Source of the DNA: Octopus sinensis
Lineage: Eukaryota
NCBI RefSeq assembly: GCF_006345805.1
Contig: NC_043007.1
Coordinates: 43,524,001 to 43,588,000, forward strand
Direction: 5' to 3'
DNA length: 64,000 nucleotides
Shown piece by piece: positions 1 through 12,578 of this stretch (position 1 is its first letter; each line of letters opens with the position of its first letter). The position numbers and the translations under genes were made by a program. The notes below the pieces were generated by a model. The model saw only the letters and a program-made list of their open reading frames with translations. It made no database searches and was not told the DNA's origin.

Positions 1-369
1 AATTTGGTATTTTTGGTGTGCGGTAATACTTTTGGTGCTACCCTGCAATAATTTGGTACTTTTTTCAAATTTTTTCACTTTACATAAAAAAATAAGTTTA
101 CAGCATATGTAAGTGAACAATGTAACAATAAATACATTACATTACTACTGGACTATTTTATATGAAAATATATTTTGCAACATGTTATAACGAGGTAGTT
201 TATAGCTAATTAGTAGCTAGTTGGTGTAGAACGTATTCAGAATGTGTATCGTACATATCACCGGCTTGCGCCTCTAATGCAAGTCAGTAGCATCCTTTAT
301 ACATATGTGACAAGTGCTTCCTTACTATCACGTTAAACTTTTATTAATTACGAGTCATTTATAACCTTC

Positions 370-2642
370 ATGATCAGCACGAAAGATAAAAGCAGTGATG
401 AAATTGACTTGGGTTTAACTCCGCCAAAGAAAAGAATTAAACAATATAATCATAAATTATCGAACAAACTTTTATTGGATTCTCGATTTTCATCATGGTT
501 AGAACCAAGTAAAACAAATATCGAAAGAGCATACTGTAAATTTTGTCGTGAAATTCAAGGCAGTGTAATTCATCTGGAGAGGCACAGAAAAACGGATAAA
601 CATATTAAAAATGTTAATTCAGAAAATAAAAGTGAGATACTGACCGACTTACTGCAGCCTGCAACTTTTGTTTATATTACAAACGTAGCAGCTGCAGAGC
701 TTAAGCTTTGTTCCTTCATTGCAGAACATAATTTATCAATGAGACTTATCAATGTCCTGATTAAATGTGCAAGAACCAAAGCTACTCAAATATATAAAAA
801 TATTTTAGGCCCTTATTACTTTGAAAACCTCATTAAACAGTTAAAAGAATGCAAGTTTTCATTAATTGATGAGGATACTACTGATGTAAGTACAAAAGTC
901 AGCTTGTTCTGTTTGCCAGATTTTATGATTGTAGCGCTCAAAAAATTATTGTTAGTTATTTAATTCTTTTGAAATCCAAGGATTGCTCTGCTAATGGAAT
1001 TTTTTCCTCTATTGAAAGATTCTTCACCTTACATGATACTCCTTTTGAAAATTTGATAAGATTTGCCAGCGACAATGCTAGTGTAACGATGGGACAGAAG
1101 TGGAGTGTCCAGGCATTACTGAAGAACAAAGTTCCATCTCTCTTTATCCAGAGTTGTGTCTGTCACTCTATACATATCTGTGCATCAAAGGCATGTTCAG
1201 AATTACCTACATTTTAGAAGAACTTGCTAGAAGCATATATTCATTCCTCTCAAAAAGCCCAAAGTGATTGCTAGAATATGAAGAATTTCAGGCATTTACT
1301 CAAACAAATCCTCATAAATTATTACATGTAAGTTGTACAAGGTGACTATCTTTAGAACAAGTCAAAAGAATTCTAGAACAGTGGCCTGCTCTAGTGTTAT
1401 CCTTTACTATTGCTGCTATTGAAGATAACAACAGTGCAGCTTCAAATGTGTTGAACTCATTAACAAATCCAATCACAGAGATGTATTTTTAGCATATATT
1501 TTGTCAGATATTAAGTTGAACTTCGATTTCCAATCAGAAAGCTATAGAATACACAAACTGCACGAATCTATTACATATACTCTTTTCTACTCTAGGCACA
1601 AAGCCCGAAATTTTTGGGGAGGGGCCAGTCGATTAGATCGACCCCAGTACTCAACTGGTATTTAATTTATCGACCCCGAAAGGATGAAAGGCAAAGTCGA
1701 CCTCGGTAGAATTTGAACTCAGAACGTAAAGACAGACGAAATACCTATTTCTTTATTACCCACAAGGGGCTAAACACAGAGGGGACAAACACGGACAGAC
1801 ATAGGTATTAAGTCGATTATATCGACCCCAGTGCGTAACTGGTACTTAATTTATTGACCCCGAAAGGATGAAAGGCAAAGTCGACCTCGGCAGAATTTGA
1901 ACTCACAACGTAACGGCAGACGAAATACCGCTAACCATTTCGCCCGGTGTGCTAACATTTCTGTCAGCTCACCGCCTTATCTATTACATATACTGTTAAG
2001 GGAATACTTGGCAATTTTGTTAAAAAAGAAATTGTGAAAAATAAATTATCATCAGTGTATCTTTCCAGAGGAGCAAAAGTTGAAAGCATCTATTTAAAGA
2101 AAGTTTCATCTATTAGTACAACTGAATTGAAACAATTTCATGTGAAAACATTAATTTTTTTAGGTGCACCTTGGGAAGGAATTTTTTCAGTGCTTCTTTG
2201 CACATGATTTCTTTCGTAATCAGTATTCGTGATTGTTCCTCTGGCATGCAAATTTCAAAATATTGTTCAAGAGAGTCAGACTGAAGCTCTTAAATAAGAA
2301 TGGAAAGAACTTAAACTTCACGATAACAATGACATAGCTGAAGCTACCAAACCAGAAGATTATTGGTATAAAATTTCTAAGGAAAAATGTGGAGATGAAG
2401 CTCGTTATCCGGTCCTATCATGCTTTATGTTTCAGCTCCTATCATTACCACATTCTTTAGCTGTAGCTGAGAGAATATTTTCAGTTCTAAGTAACATTAA
2501 AGCCAAGAATAGGTCTAAACTGAATACCCAAACAATCAATGCTCTGCTACATTTAAAATGTCTTCTTCATGATGTAAACTGCACAACTTATACATCCGAT
2601 GCAGAGATTTGTGCTAAATTAAAAGAAGGACAAGGACATTGA
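370..2642 (+). pseudogene. hAT-superfamily DNA transposase, frameshifted and interrupted by a SINE
   Basis: N-terminal BED-like Zn finger (AYCKFC...LERHRKTDKH). First catalytic Asp region FSLIDEDTTDVS. FASDNAS plus CVCHSIH (D and CxxH motifs). C-terminal hATC-type LLSLPHSLAVAERIFS (catalytic Glu). Split over several frames with stops. Confidence 0.9.
1582..1978 (-). mobile_element. Dimeric tRNA-derived SINE (family 1) inserted in the hAT ORF
   Basis: Two tandem copies of the gtcgatta..atcgaccccagt...gaaaggatgaaaggcaaagtcgacctcgg..gaatttgaactc body. Flanked by an exact 16-bp TSD ATCTATTACATATACT at 1566-1581 and 1979-1994. Confidence 0.9.
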
Positions 2643-3552
2643 TACTAAGAGGAACCTCACCCTGTTGACGATGCAACCTTCTAATTATAAAGTAAGTACA
2701 TTAAATGTGTAGGTCAAATATCTGGCAAGCAATGAGTAAATGAACGCTACACTCACACACACAGTAAGAGAGAAATAGGAGTAGGAGTAGGGACTATATA
2801 CACACATACATACATATATACATACATATATACATATACACATATGTATATATATACATATGTATATATATACATGCATAAATAATACACACACATACAT
2901 ATGTATGTATGTGTATCTCTCTCTCTCTCTTTCTATCTATATATCTATATCCACTTTCTCTATCTCTCTCCACTTCCTGTCGCTTCAGCCATATAACCAC
3001 ACACGTGCGTTTCTTGGATATTTTCCTTATCCGGACCTTTCCTTTCTCTCATTTTTCTGACGAAAAGCCATGTTCGAAACGTTATACATCCACTCTTTTT
3101 TCCATCTTATACTAAGCATCAAGCTAATATATATTCCATATATACGTACGTCCTTTTGACCTTCGTTATTTTGTTATTCCTAACTTTCGACTTGCATATG
3201 AATATATATATAGCTTCGAAACACAGAGTAGATGAAACCATGACGACTGAAGAAGGGGAATTTTCCTTGTGTTATTTGTCCTGTACTCTATTTTATCGTT
3301 GTTTAAGAAAAATGTCCAGTTCCTTGGTTTTGTGTTTATGGTTTCGTTTCTCATTGTGTTCGACGTTTTTTGGTGTCCTGTACCCATATATGTATGTATA
3401 TATACATGTAGAGGTAGGTACGTACATATATGGATGTATATATGCATATGTTTTATATATATATATATACTACTAATATTGGATAAAAATTTTTTCAGAA
3501 ATAATTTTCATCAAAAGTGGCAGCATATTAAAATACCTATAAAGGTTAAAAT

Positions 3553-3715
3553 TATAAACAACTTATAAACAAGGGCAATAGAAAAATTATTTCAATGCCA
3601 ATATGCTGAGAACAGACTTTAAATCGCCAATTTCCACATTATAATATACATTCACTATAGATACATGTCATGTTGAAATAATTTTTCTATTGCCCGTGTT
3701 TATAAGTTGTTTATA
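3553..3715. mobile_element. MITE-like element with 43-bp inverted termini
   Basis: 3553-3595 and 3673-3715 are reverse complements with 1 mismatch; both ends are TA. Confidence 0.7.
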
Positions 3716-4167
3716 TATATATATACTTACACACACACGCGCGCGTTAATATCGAAATGTGAATGAGTGCTCAATACTGCATTATACAGAAAGATAGACA
3801 GATAGGTAGAGAGACAGAGACAGATAGATAGAGATAAAGAGAGAGAGAGAGAGATAGAGATAGAGAGAGAGAGAGGAAGGGAAGGAGAGTGAGTGTGTGT
3901 GAGCTTCCATGATATGATATCAATATAGAGAGTAATTTTGTTTTAATTTCTTTTTGCTGCTTGAGTACAGTTTTATTGTACTTTACGGTAATAAATATTT
4001 TTCTTTTGACAAGTAATATTCATCTCATCATTTCGTACAGCACCAAGCAATTTGATAAGAGTTAAATTATAATTTATTGTATGTACGCCATATTTCTTCA
4101 TATTATCCACTGTGGCAAAAAAATTTAATGATTGCTAAATTATAGTCATTGTATTTTTTACCTTTTA

Positions 4168-4735
4168 TGTCTTACTTGTTTCTGTCATTAGACTGTGGCT
4201 ATGCTGGAGCACCGCCTTGGAAGGGTTTTTAGTCGAATACATTGACCCTAGGATTTATTTTTTAAAAACCCTAGTACTTATTTTATTGGTCTGTTTTGCC
4301 AAACCACTAAGCTACGGGGAGGTAAAACACACCATCACCCGTTGTCACGTGCATGAAACTTGGCAAGAAATTTCGCAAGAGAATATTCGTCATCTGATCA
4401 ATAACATGATTCATAGGGTCCTTGCATTGAAAAAGGCAAAGGGAATGTCTACTAAATATTAAATATTCTCATTATAACGATTTATAAATAATTTGGAAAT
4501 ATGATTTCAGATTTAAACAAATTTTAATGATTATAAGGGTATCTATTTACTTCTGTTATGTCTGTGTACATATAAGACAAATTTCTTTCAGTGTTCGTCT
4601 ATCACATCTACTCACAGGGCTTTGGTTGGTCCGGGGCTGTTGTGGAAGAAACTTACCCAAGGTGCCGGTGGGACTGAACCCAGATTCATGTAGTTCGGAA
4701 GCAAGCTTCTTAGCACACAGCCACGCCTGCGCCTG
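4168..4735 (-). mobile_element. tRNA-derived SINE (family 2, CORE-like central domain), in two pieces separated by a Tc1 fragment
   Basis: Tail part 4168-4347 and head part 4575-4735 match the family-2 copies at 12172, 48530 and 49668. Confidence 0.75.
4348..4462 (+). mobile_element. Tc1-type transposase C-terminal fragment
   Basis: HETWQEISQENIRHLINNMIHRVLALKKAKGMSTKY* matches the Tc1 C-terminal pattern W..I....I..L..SM..R...V..AKG..TKY. Confidence 0.75.
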
Positions 4736-4825
4736 TACGTGTACTATGTCTTCATGTTACCTGTAGTAGTAGAATTACACCACCAAACTTCCCCGTTATA
4801 CGACAGTTAACTCTATAATATAAAT

Positions 4826-5146
4826 CAGGAGTCGGCGAACTGGGGTAAATTACCCCAAGTGTGGTAAAAATTAAATTCTTGTGGGTAATGAGGACTCATT
4901 AGACATAAGTAAAATTATATTAAAAAATGTGTTCCTTGTTGCGACAGAAATTTTTCTTCAGGCAACACTGTATCTGATCAATGTAATGGACGTGTAAATA
5001 GATTAATATAGATTCAATAAAATAGATTCAGTAAACCTTTTGAATTCAAAGAATCTATGATTTTCTTCCTTTCAGATAAAGAGAATAATTTTGGCGTAAA
5101 TAACTATATTTTGGGGTAACTGGTTAAAAAAGTTCCCTGACCCCTG
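4826..5146. mobile_element. hAT (Charlie-like) MITE
   Basis: Termini CAGGAGTCGGCGAACT and AAAAAAGTTCCCTGACCCCTG. Flanks ATATAAAT and GTCTAGAT look like a decayed 8-bp nTCTAGAn-type TSD (5/8 identical). Confidence 0.6.
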
Positions 5147-6769
5147 GTCTAGATTGTAATTATTCAGTATACGGGTTTTTGTTAAGTAAAATATTTCTCT
5201 TGCCCACGCCTAGAATTTCGGTTCTGTTATAGCTGACATTTAAATGTAATGAGGCAACAGTGGATTAAAAAGGAACGGCTCGTTTTGTTATTCGTAACAA
5301 ATAGTCAAGTGAATGACAACGAAGAATCACTCTTTTATTTTATCTTTGTATTAAAAAAAAAAAAAGCATTAGTTGTTTATGCTCGCATTATTGGTCTGTT
5401 TGAAATCCTGTCATTGTTATTACACCGGATATTAGCAACATTTGTTTATACCTCTTTCATATTGGCAGAATCTAATTTTCAAATAAATAAAAGGAAGTTC
5501 AACACGTTTTTCAATTCTCCGTTTCACCCAAACAAAGAACTGGTTGTTGTCTAATGTATGTATTCATGTTTGTATGTGCGTATGTATGTATTATGTGTAT
5601 ATGTGAATGTATGTTTTGCGTGTATGTGTGCATGTATATTTATGTATATGTACGTATACATATGAATACATATGAATGTACGTATCTATATGTATACATG
5701 TATAAACATATATGTGTGCCTGTGTATGTATTGACATGTATGTATATTTGTGTATATATGTATACTTCTATGGATATAAATACGTATGCGTGTGTGTGAT
5801 TGTATGTATGTATAAAGATATATGTGTGTATGCGTGCATATATGTATATGTATGCAGATATTCATGCATGCATGCATGTGTGCACGTATGCATGTACGTA
5901 TGCACGTATGCACGTATGCCTGCATGTATGCATGTACGTATGCATTTATGTATATATGCATGTATGAATGTATGTATATATGTATATATGAATGTATGTA
6001 TGCATGTATATGTATGTAAGTATGTAAGCATGTATGTGAATGGAGGCATGGCACTTGTTGCAGCTTCGCAATAACTGAGGTACCTGGTTAGATCCCATTG
6101 CATGGTACTGTAGACAGTGTAGATTTCCATAACCTTGGGTCGGTCCAAGCCTTTTGTGTATAATGTTGGTCGACGGGAATTGTGAATATTTGTCGGAGAG
6201 CTTGTATCTGTAATTCAAAGGGCTCTCCTTGTCAAAGAAAAGAGTTAATTTATATTATATACATGCTACATGCATGTATACGCATATTAACATATTTATG
6301 CATACAAAGCATGTATGTATACATACATGGATAAAAATATCATACAAATGATATGAGTAAGAGTATGAGGCAAAGAGGAAACAAAAAATAATACATAAAG
6401 ACAGACAAGCAGAAACATTTGACTAAAAAGTGTAAAAATATAATAGGAAAAAAGCAGCAATGAAGATAAATATGCTAATGAAAGAAACTGAAAAGACTCT
6501 ATTGTTTCGGGTAATAACAACACCACCGGCAACAGCAGCAGCAACACTAACACTGCAGCCGGAGATGATTACCACGCCAGCAACATTGGAATTATCCAAC
6601 CCACGCCTTGTAATAACAGCAGCGACAGCAGCTCCAACAACAGCAGCAGCAACATCAAATCCGGGACCAACGGAAGAAAAACTAGAAGCGATAACACAAC
6701 CAACACTCAAGTTCGGAGACACATCTGTTAGCCAGGAACTGGTTTTAAGTAACATCTGCAAACCATAGG

Positions 6770-7332
6770 TTTCCTTTTAGAATTCCGGAAAGGCGTTATG
6801 TCACGTCTCTGGCGCCTTAATGATGAAGGAACTCCAGATGCAATTAAATGGAGACCCTTAGAACGACCGGGGATGTATATAAACAGGAGCGGTCGATGCA
6901 AGCTTTGCATAGCAGAAGGAGCAAGGATCCTAAAAGACTCGCTAGACTTAGAGATCCTTTTAAACTCTAGAAATGAGGTCTGCAGCCCTTCTCCGCATTC
7001 TAAACGCAACCTGCTGCAAGCGTGCGATTCCCCTTTCGTGGATTAGCTCTATAATATTTGCGGGATGGAACCAATCTAAGGGCGAGGATTCCCTCATTCG
7101 TTGATTAGGGTTGTAAGCATTTATTGACTAGGATCGATCTATGGGTGATAAACCGTCCCACTTAAGCCTCAGACAATATTTTTTTGTCTACCAAATTAAC
7201 TGACCGTAATGTTTTTGTATCTTTAGTTTGAAAAACGGTTATATGTTCGCGGCTATTGGAGTCTGAAGAATCGTCTATAAGGCTAAGCGCGTTATGGATG
7301 CGAAATCATTGGAAATCTATGATCGGCCATAT
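6770..7332 (+). mobile_element. Penelope-like element 3' fragment (GIY-YIG endonuclease C-terminus plus 3' end)
   Basis: SRLWRLNDEG..IKWRPLE....Y..RSGRCKLCIAE...IL......LLNSRNEVCSP..H, the same W..C.LC..E..LN.R.E motif as at 53420. A CTGAAGA...GAAA...ATC motif follows downstream. Confidence 0.75.
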
Positions 7333-7360
7333 AGTTTACTTCCTATAAATACACTACTGC

Positions 7361-7468
7361 TCTAATGTTTAGAGTGTGCTTCTTTTTTCGGATATATCAT
7401 TCACTGACGATATATATATCGTCAGTGAATGATATATCCGAAAAAAAAAGCATACTCTAAACATTAGA
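7361..7468. repeat. 108-bp near-perfect palindrome without spacer
   Basis: Centre at 7414/7415 (gatata|tatatc); 2 mismatches. The right half is related to 33707-33750. Confidence 0.9.
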
Positions 7469-7475
7469 GAAGTAA

Positions 7476-7585
<110 letters not shown>

Positions 7586-8017
7586 CATGTATGTATGTAT
7601 GTATGTATGTATGTATATTTGTATGTATGTACGTATGTTTGTATGTATGTGTGTGTATACATACATACACACACAAAATTTCATCAAATATGTTATAATT
7701 AATAACAAATTATGCATTTTCTGGTTTATGACATCTAGAAAATGGTATCCACTATTGTCTGCATCAGTGGTATCTTACTATTTTATATTATATTCTTCAC
7801 AAGGGGTTCGCCAAACACTGCCGGACATGTCAAACGGGTAAGCTGGAAGAAAAAAATGTTGACATAGTTCTGATAACATTTGTTTTAATTAAAAAAAAAA
7901 ATAATGAAGAATTTAGTCAAATAACCTTTTCATTATTAAGCTGGCGTGTGGAAGAATTTAACCTAAAATTTAGGTGGAAGATTATTATTTAGATCACTTG
8001 AAACAAACAGTAAGTTT

Positions 8018-8270
8018 GTAAGATACAAATAAGATGATAATATATTTTCGAATGTAGAGACACCGTCAGAACATCAGAAATATTGTATAAATTACCCTTA
8101 CAAAGCAGGAAGATTTGTCTACAAACAGCCATGAGACACGAACCCACATCTCTTGAAGACAAATCGTTGACAAATTTTTCCGCTTTGTAAGGGTAATTTA
8201 TCCAATATTTCTGCTGATATAACGGCATCTCTGCGTTCGAAAATATATTATCATCTTATTTGTATATTAC
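8018..8270. repeat. 49-bp inverted repeat with about 155-bp spacer (MITE-like or fold-back)
   Basis: 8018-8066 vs 8222-8270 are reverse complementary with a few transitions. Confidence 0.7.
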
Positions 8271-9101
8271 AGTACATATTTCGGCGCTTATAAAAAACAA
8301 ATGTTAGTTTGTTTATATTTATTGACAGTAAGTTTGTTTCATATAACCAGGGGCAGCCTCAGACAGTTTGGTATCAAAAGGGTTAAGTTATACTTATAGA
8401 AGTTTGAGAGACGCTGGCCCGTGGGATTTGAAATCTGAACTTAAAGTACCGCAACCACAAGTTAGGTTTGACACTACTAATTTTGTCAATCCGCTGCCAC
8501 AAGCAAGTTTTGTTATTAAATAAATCCCTTTACGTTTATAGCTATCTAACGATATTCCTCAACTCCTTCAGAGTATCTAATGTTTTGAGGCAATTTCCGA
8601 TATTCGAATCTCTTGTAAAGGGTTTACTCATTTGCTTTGCTACACTTAGACCGAGATGGACAAATATAAAATCATTTTTCCATCACGGGATTTAAAGAAC
8701 ACATTATAAGTAAGAGCTATTGACGAATTCAACCATTGGGAATATAAAATATCGAAAACCACACGTTGCTTCATATCCCCTAAATCGGAAAAATAAAATA
8801 AAATAAATGTATAAATGGATCCTACGTCGGTTTCAGCGACAACTATTTTAAATGTTCGATCAACTAAACAACTTATTCGTTGTGATATATTGTTTAAGCG
8901 GCTGAGTATTCCCCAAATTTATATTCCTTTAAAGTAATTTTCAGGTTGAATCAGCGTGATTTAACGTGCGACACGGACGGAGCTTTGAACTAGAAGTAAT
9001 ATTCACCAATCATGGAACTTCGTAATTGCGAAGGGAACCTCTTAATTACTCAGCCATTCCTCCACCCATTACAACTTACCGGCGTAACACACACGCACAC
9101 G

Positions 9102-9166
<65 letters not shown>

Positions 9167-9413
9167 AAGACGAAGCGAGAGCCTCTACGTAGTCGTTGGA
9201 ACTACGAAAAATAACAGCTAAATCTCAATCATATCATGTCCTACCCTCTGAAATACTGAAGAACAATGTAATCCCGGATGTACGAAATGGCGGAGAGTCA
9301 CTAATGGAACACCTATGAAAATAGGTTTGCTCGATGCGGGTTGAACTGGGTTACATTACAATAAGAACAAGAAAATGTTCTCCTCCTCCTCCTCCTCCTC
9401 CTCCTCCTCCTCT

Positions 9414-9449
<36 letters not shown>

Positions 9450-9450
9450 A

Positions 9451-9490
<40 letters not shown>

Positions 9491-10149
9491 TTCATGGGCA
9501 TTTATACATTCATGCACATACATACATGTACATACATCCTCATATATATGTATATTACATGGAAAAATGCGAACAAGAGAAATAATATTCTTAAGATTAT
9601 AAACCTGGAAAAGTACAGGACAAGTTATTACACTTGGAAAAGTTCATGATATTTGACCCCACAACTTTTTTGATACAAATTTTTGTTACATGGAAGCAAA
9701 ACTATGAAATTCCTCATGCTTTCTTCAATCATTGAAGCTAAGATAAATATATTCTGCTTTAAAAAAAATTATTCAGATCTAAACTTGATTGGAGGCGTTA
9801 CTTACGCTCCTATAACGTTGCTACAAATTTTGATGTAAACTTTTTTCTACTGGACCAAATCTCAATTTCTTTATGGCAAAATGTAGCTAGGGACCAGTCC
9901 TCTTCAAAAATGGGAACAGTTTTCAATTTGGTAACTAAATTAGCGACAAACCTCTGAAGATGCTGCGTGTGGGTAAATTACGGCTTTAAGAATATTATTC
10001 AACTACTACCGTAGTTGAATGATATACAAGTTGTCCAAAAAGTTTCGCCCGATTCTTATTTTGAAAACTATTGTAGGTTTTTCAATTAATTTTATTGTAT
10101 AGAACAATGATGAATAATATAATAACTACGAATGAAACAATGACGCAAC

Positions 10150-10480
10150 AATGATAACTACGAACGAAGTGGTTCAAACTGTTTTCCTTTGTTTCCGATA
10201 CAAGATAGCAAATGCGAAGCCACGCTGCGACAAGCCTTTTGGCACAGTTCCACGTCGACTGTGACGAACTGCTCGTTAATAACTCTACGTTGATCAGCAA
10301 TGGTTCACGATTTCTCTTTGTATACCATGTTTTCATGAACACCCCATAAGAAGAAATCCGTAGGTGTTAAATCGGGTGAATGCGCTGGCCATTCGATCGG
10401 TCCACGCCGTCCAATCCATCTGCCATTAAAACTGATGTCATGCTAATCACGAACACAATGTTGCAAGCGAATGTCCCTTT
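10150..10480 (-). mobile_element. Tc1/mariner-superfamily transposase 3' fragment
   Basis: Minus-strand translation GRWIGRRGPIEWPAHSPDLTPTDFFLWG...VY...C..CIGNKGKQFE contains the WP..SPDL.P.DFFLWG motif. Confidence 0.85.
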
Positions 10481-10674
10481 GCTGTTGCACTTGAAGAAAG
10501 AAGAAGGTTTGAAGCATGTTGATCTACCGTATATATACAATACGGAGTAAATAATTCAGGAGAAAATATTTGCGAAGATATTATTGACTCTATTATTATA
10601 TAGTATAACAATTAAAAATGAAAATAACAAGATCAATAATATACACGATTGCAGGCCCCAAAAGCGTTAAATAG

Positions 10675-11029
10675 CTGAAGGATTAAAATTAATCAAAGGA
10701 CATGCTAAATATGTCTACCTTCTGGAAATAACAGTCAAAAATCTTATTTAAATCGCCGAAAATAGACTGATAGTAACTACAGAAACCAACCGTCTGAGGG
10801 CTAACGGGTCAAGCCAATCTCTCCGTATACATTCAAGTAATTGAACTGACGTGGACCGGTTTCTGGACTGGCATTATAGCGTCACCTTTCCTCAGCATGC
10901 GGTACCATGATGGCGATCCCCAACGGGTCACGTTATCAGTGTATTTTCGGCGATTTAAATAAGAGTTTTGACTTATTTCCAGCAGGTAGACATAATTGGT
11001 ATGTCCTTTGATTAATTTTAATCCTTCAG
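10675..11029. repeat. About 97-bp inverted repeat element (MITE-like)
   Basis: 10675-10772 vs 10934-11029 are reverse complementary with modest divergence. Confidence 0.7.
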
Positions 11030-11068
11030 TTATACATACATACATACAGATATATATATATATATAAT

Positions 11069-11129
<61 letters not shown>

Positions 11130-11733
11130 GCACCCATATACATATACATGCTCTCATAGCCTCACATCCTTACATATACATATATTGATGGGCACATCCC
11201 CACGTGTACATATTTACATAGACACACAAACTTGTGAAGTCCGATTCATTGTTATATACTTCTTGTGTCTTTAAATATCAAGCAACACTGATATGCAGTC
11301 ACACAACGAATATCATACAACACTGACATGCGGTCATACAACACCCACAAGATGTCATACAACACCTACAAAATGGCATACATAAGTGGTGTAGGATGAG
11401 TACGCTTAATAGTATTTGGGGCAGGCAATGACTAAAGAATGCTACGCACACACATAGACACACAGACACTGAGGAAGAAAGAATCATGGAGAAAGAAGTG
11501 GAGGAGGAGAGGGAGTAAATGTTAGAGTGGATATGAGAGGAGTTATACAAATGGGAAATGAGAAATTGTCGTACAACACCCACAAGAGGTTATTCAACAC
11601 TCATTTCGGATATGTTTAAATTGCTATAGTTTTATCCGTCAGTATACTTTTGCAAATATGGTATAGATACAATAATTATAAAATATTTAAAACGGCAGAA
11701 GCAGTATTCATACCAAAATATAATATTCATCCC

Positions 11734-12035
11734 CACTTAAAAGTGGATGTTGTGTTAGAACACAGAATACTGCAATAGTTACCACGAGAAAACCTCTCAC
11801 AGTTTTGTGGTAGATATAAGCACTCTTGTTTATATCACTTGCGGGAGACAATAAACCCACTGGCTATTAGTGATAACAATACTTGATAAGGCATTGTAAT
11901 TCCATGTATGTTGCTGATTGAGCAATCACTGTTTTTTCCAGTGGTCAGGCGTCTACCATTGACAAGGCCAAAGAAGGCCGAAATCATGTGATATAACAGT
12001 ATTCTGTGTTCTAACAAAACATCAACTTTTAAATG
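11734..12035. repeat. About 39-bp inverted repeat enclosing an HHR-like motif
   Basis: cacttaaaagtggatgttgtgttagaacacagaatactg (11734-11772) vs cagtattctgtgttctaacaaaacatcaacttttaaatg (11997-12035). Confidence 0.7.
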
Positions 12036-12171
12036 ATGATAAATATTACAATAATTATAATTTAACTGATATCCGGTCTTTTGTTGCTTATACAAAATGA
12101 TGAAATGAGCACTAATTTTCATAAGAGAAATATTACCTTAAAAAATTAAATATAACAAGATAATATTCTTG

Positions 12172-12578
12172 TATTCTTTTTATTTGTTTCAATTATCAGA
12201 TTGCGGTCATGCTGGAGCACCGTCTTTAGTCGAAGAAATCGACCCCAGGACTTATTCTTTTGTAAGCCTAGTACTTATTCTATCAGTCTCTTTGCCGAAC
12301 TGCTAAGTTACGGAGACGTAAACACACCAACATCGGTTGTCAAGCGATGGTGGGGGACCAGTTCAGACACCCACACACCCACACCCACACAGACAGACAA
12401 ACACACACTCCTATACGACAGGTTTCTTTCAGTTTCCGTCTACTAAATCCACTCATAAGGCTTTGGTCGGCCCGAGGCTATAGTAGAAGACACTTGTCCA
12501 AGATGCCACGCAGTGGGAGTAAACCAGGAACCATGTGGTTGGGAAGGAAGCTTCTTACCACATAGTCACGCCTGCGCC
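12172..12578 (-). mobile_element. tRNA-derived SINE family 2, full length
   Basis: The minus strand starts ggcgcaggcgtgactatgtggtaag (A-box-like) and has a B-box-like ggtttactcc, a ttggacaagtgtcttc core, an internal CA-rich tract and the family tail. Confidence 0.85.

Noticed and set aside
2720-2734. ATCTGGCAAGC as the hAT right TIR
   Set aside because: Only a partial match to a Blackjack-type end, and the left TIR and TSD are not identifiable in the window.
6460-6768. Thr/Ala/Pro-rich 102-aa ORF resembling a mucin
   Set aside because: Derived from ACA/GCA trinucleotide repeats, with no splice or domain support.
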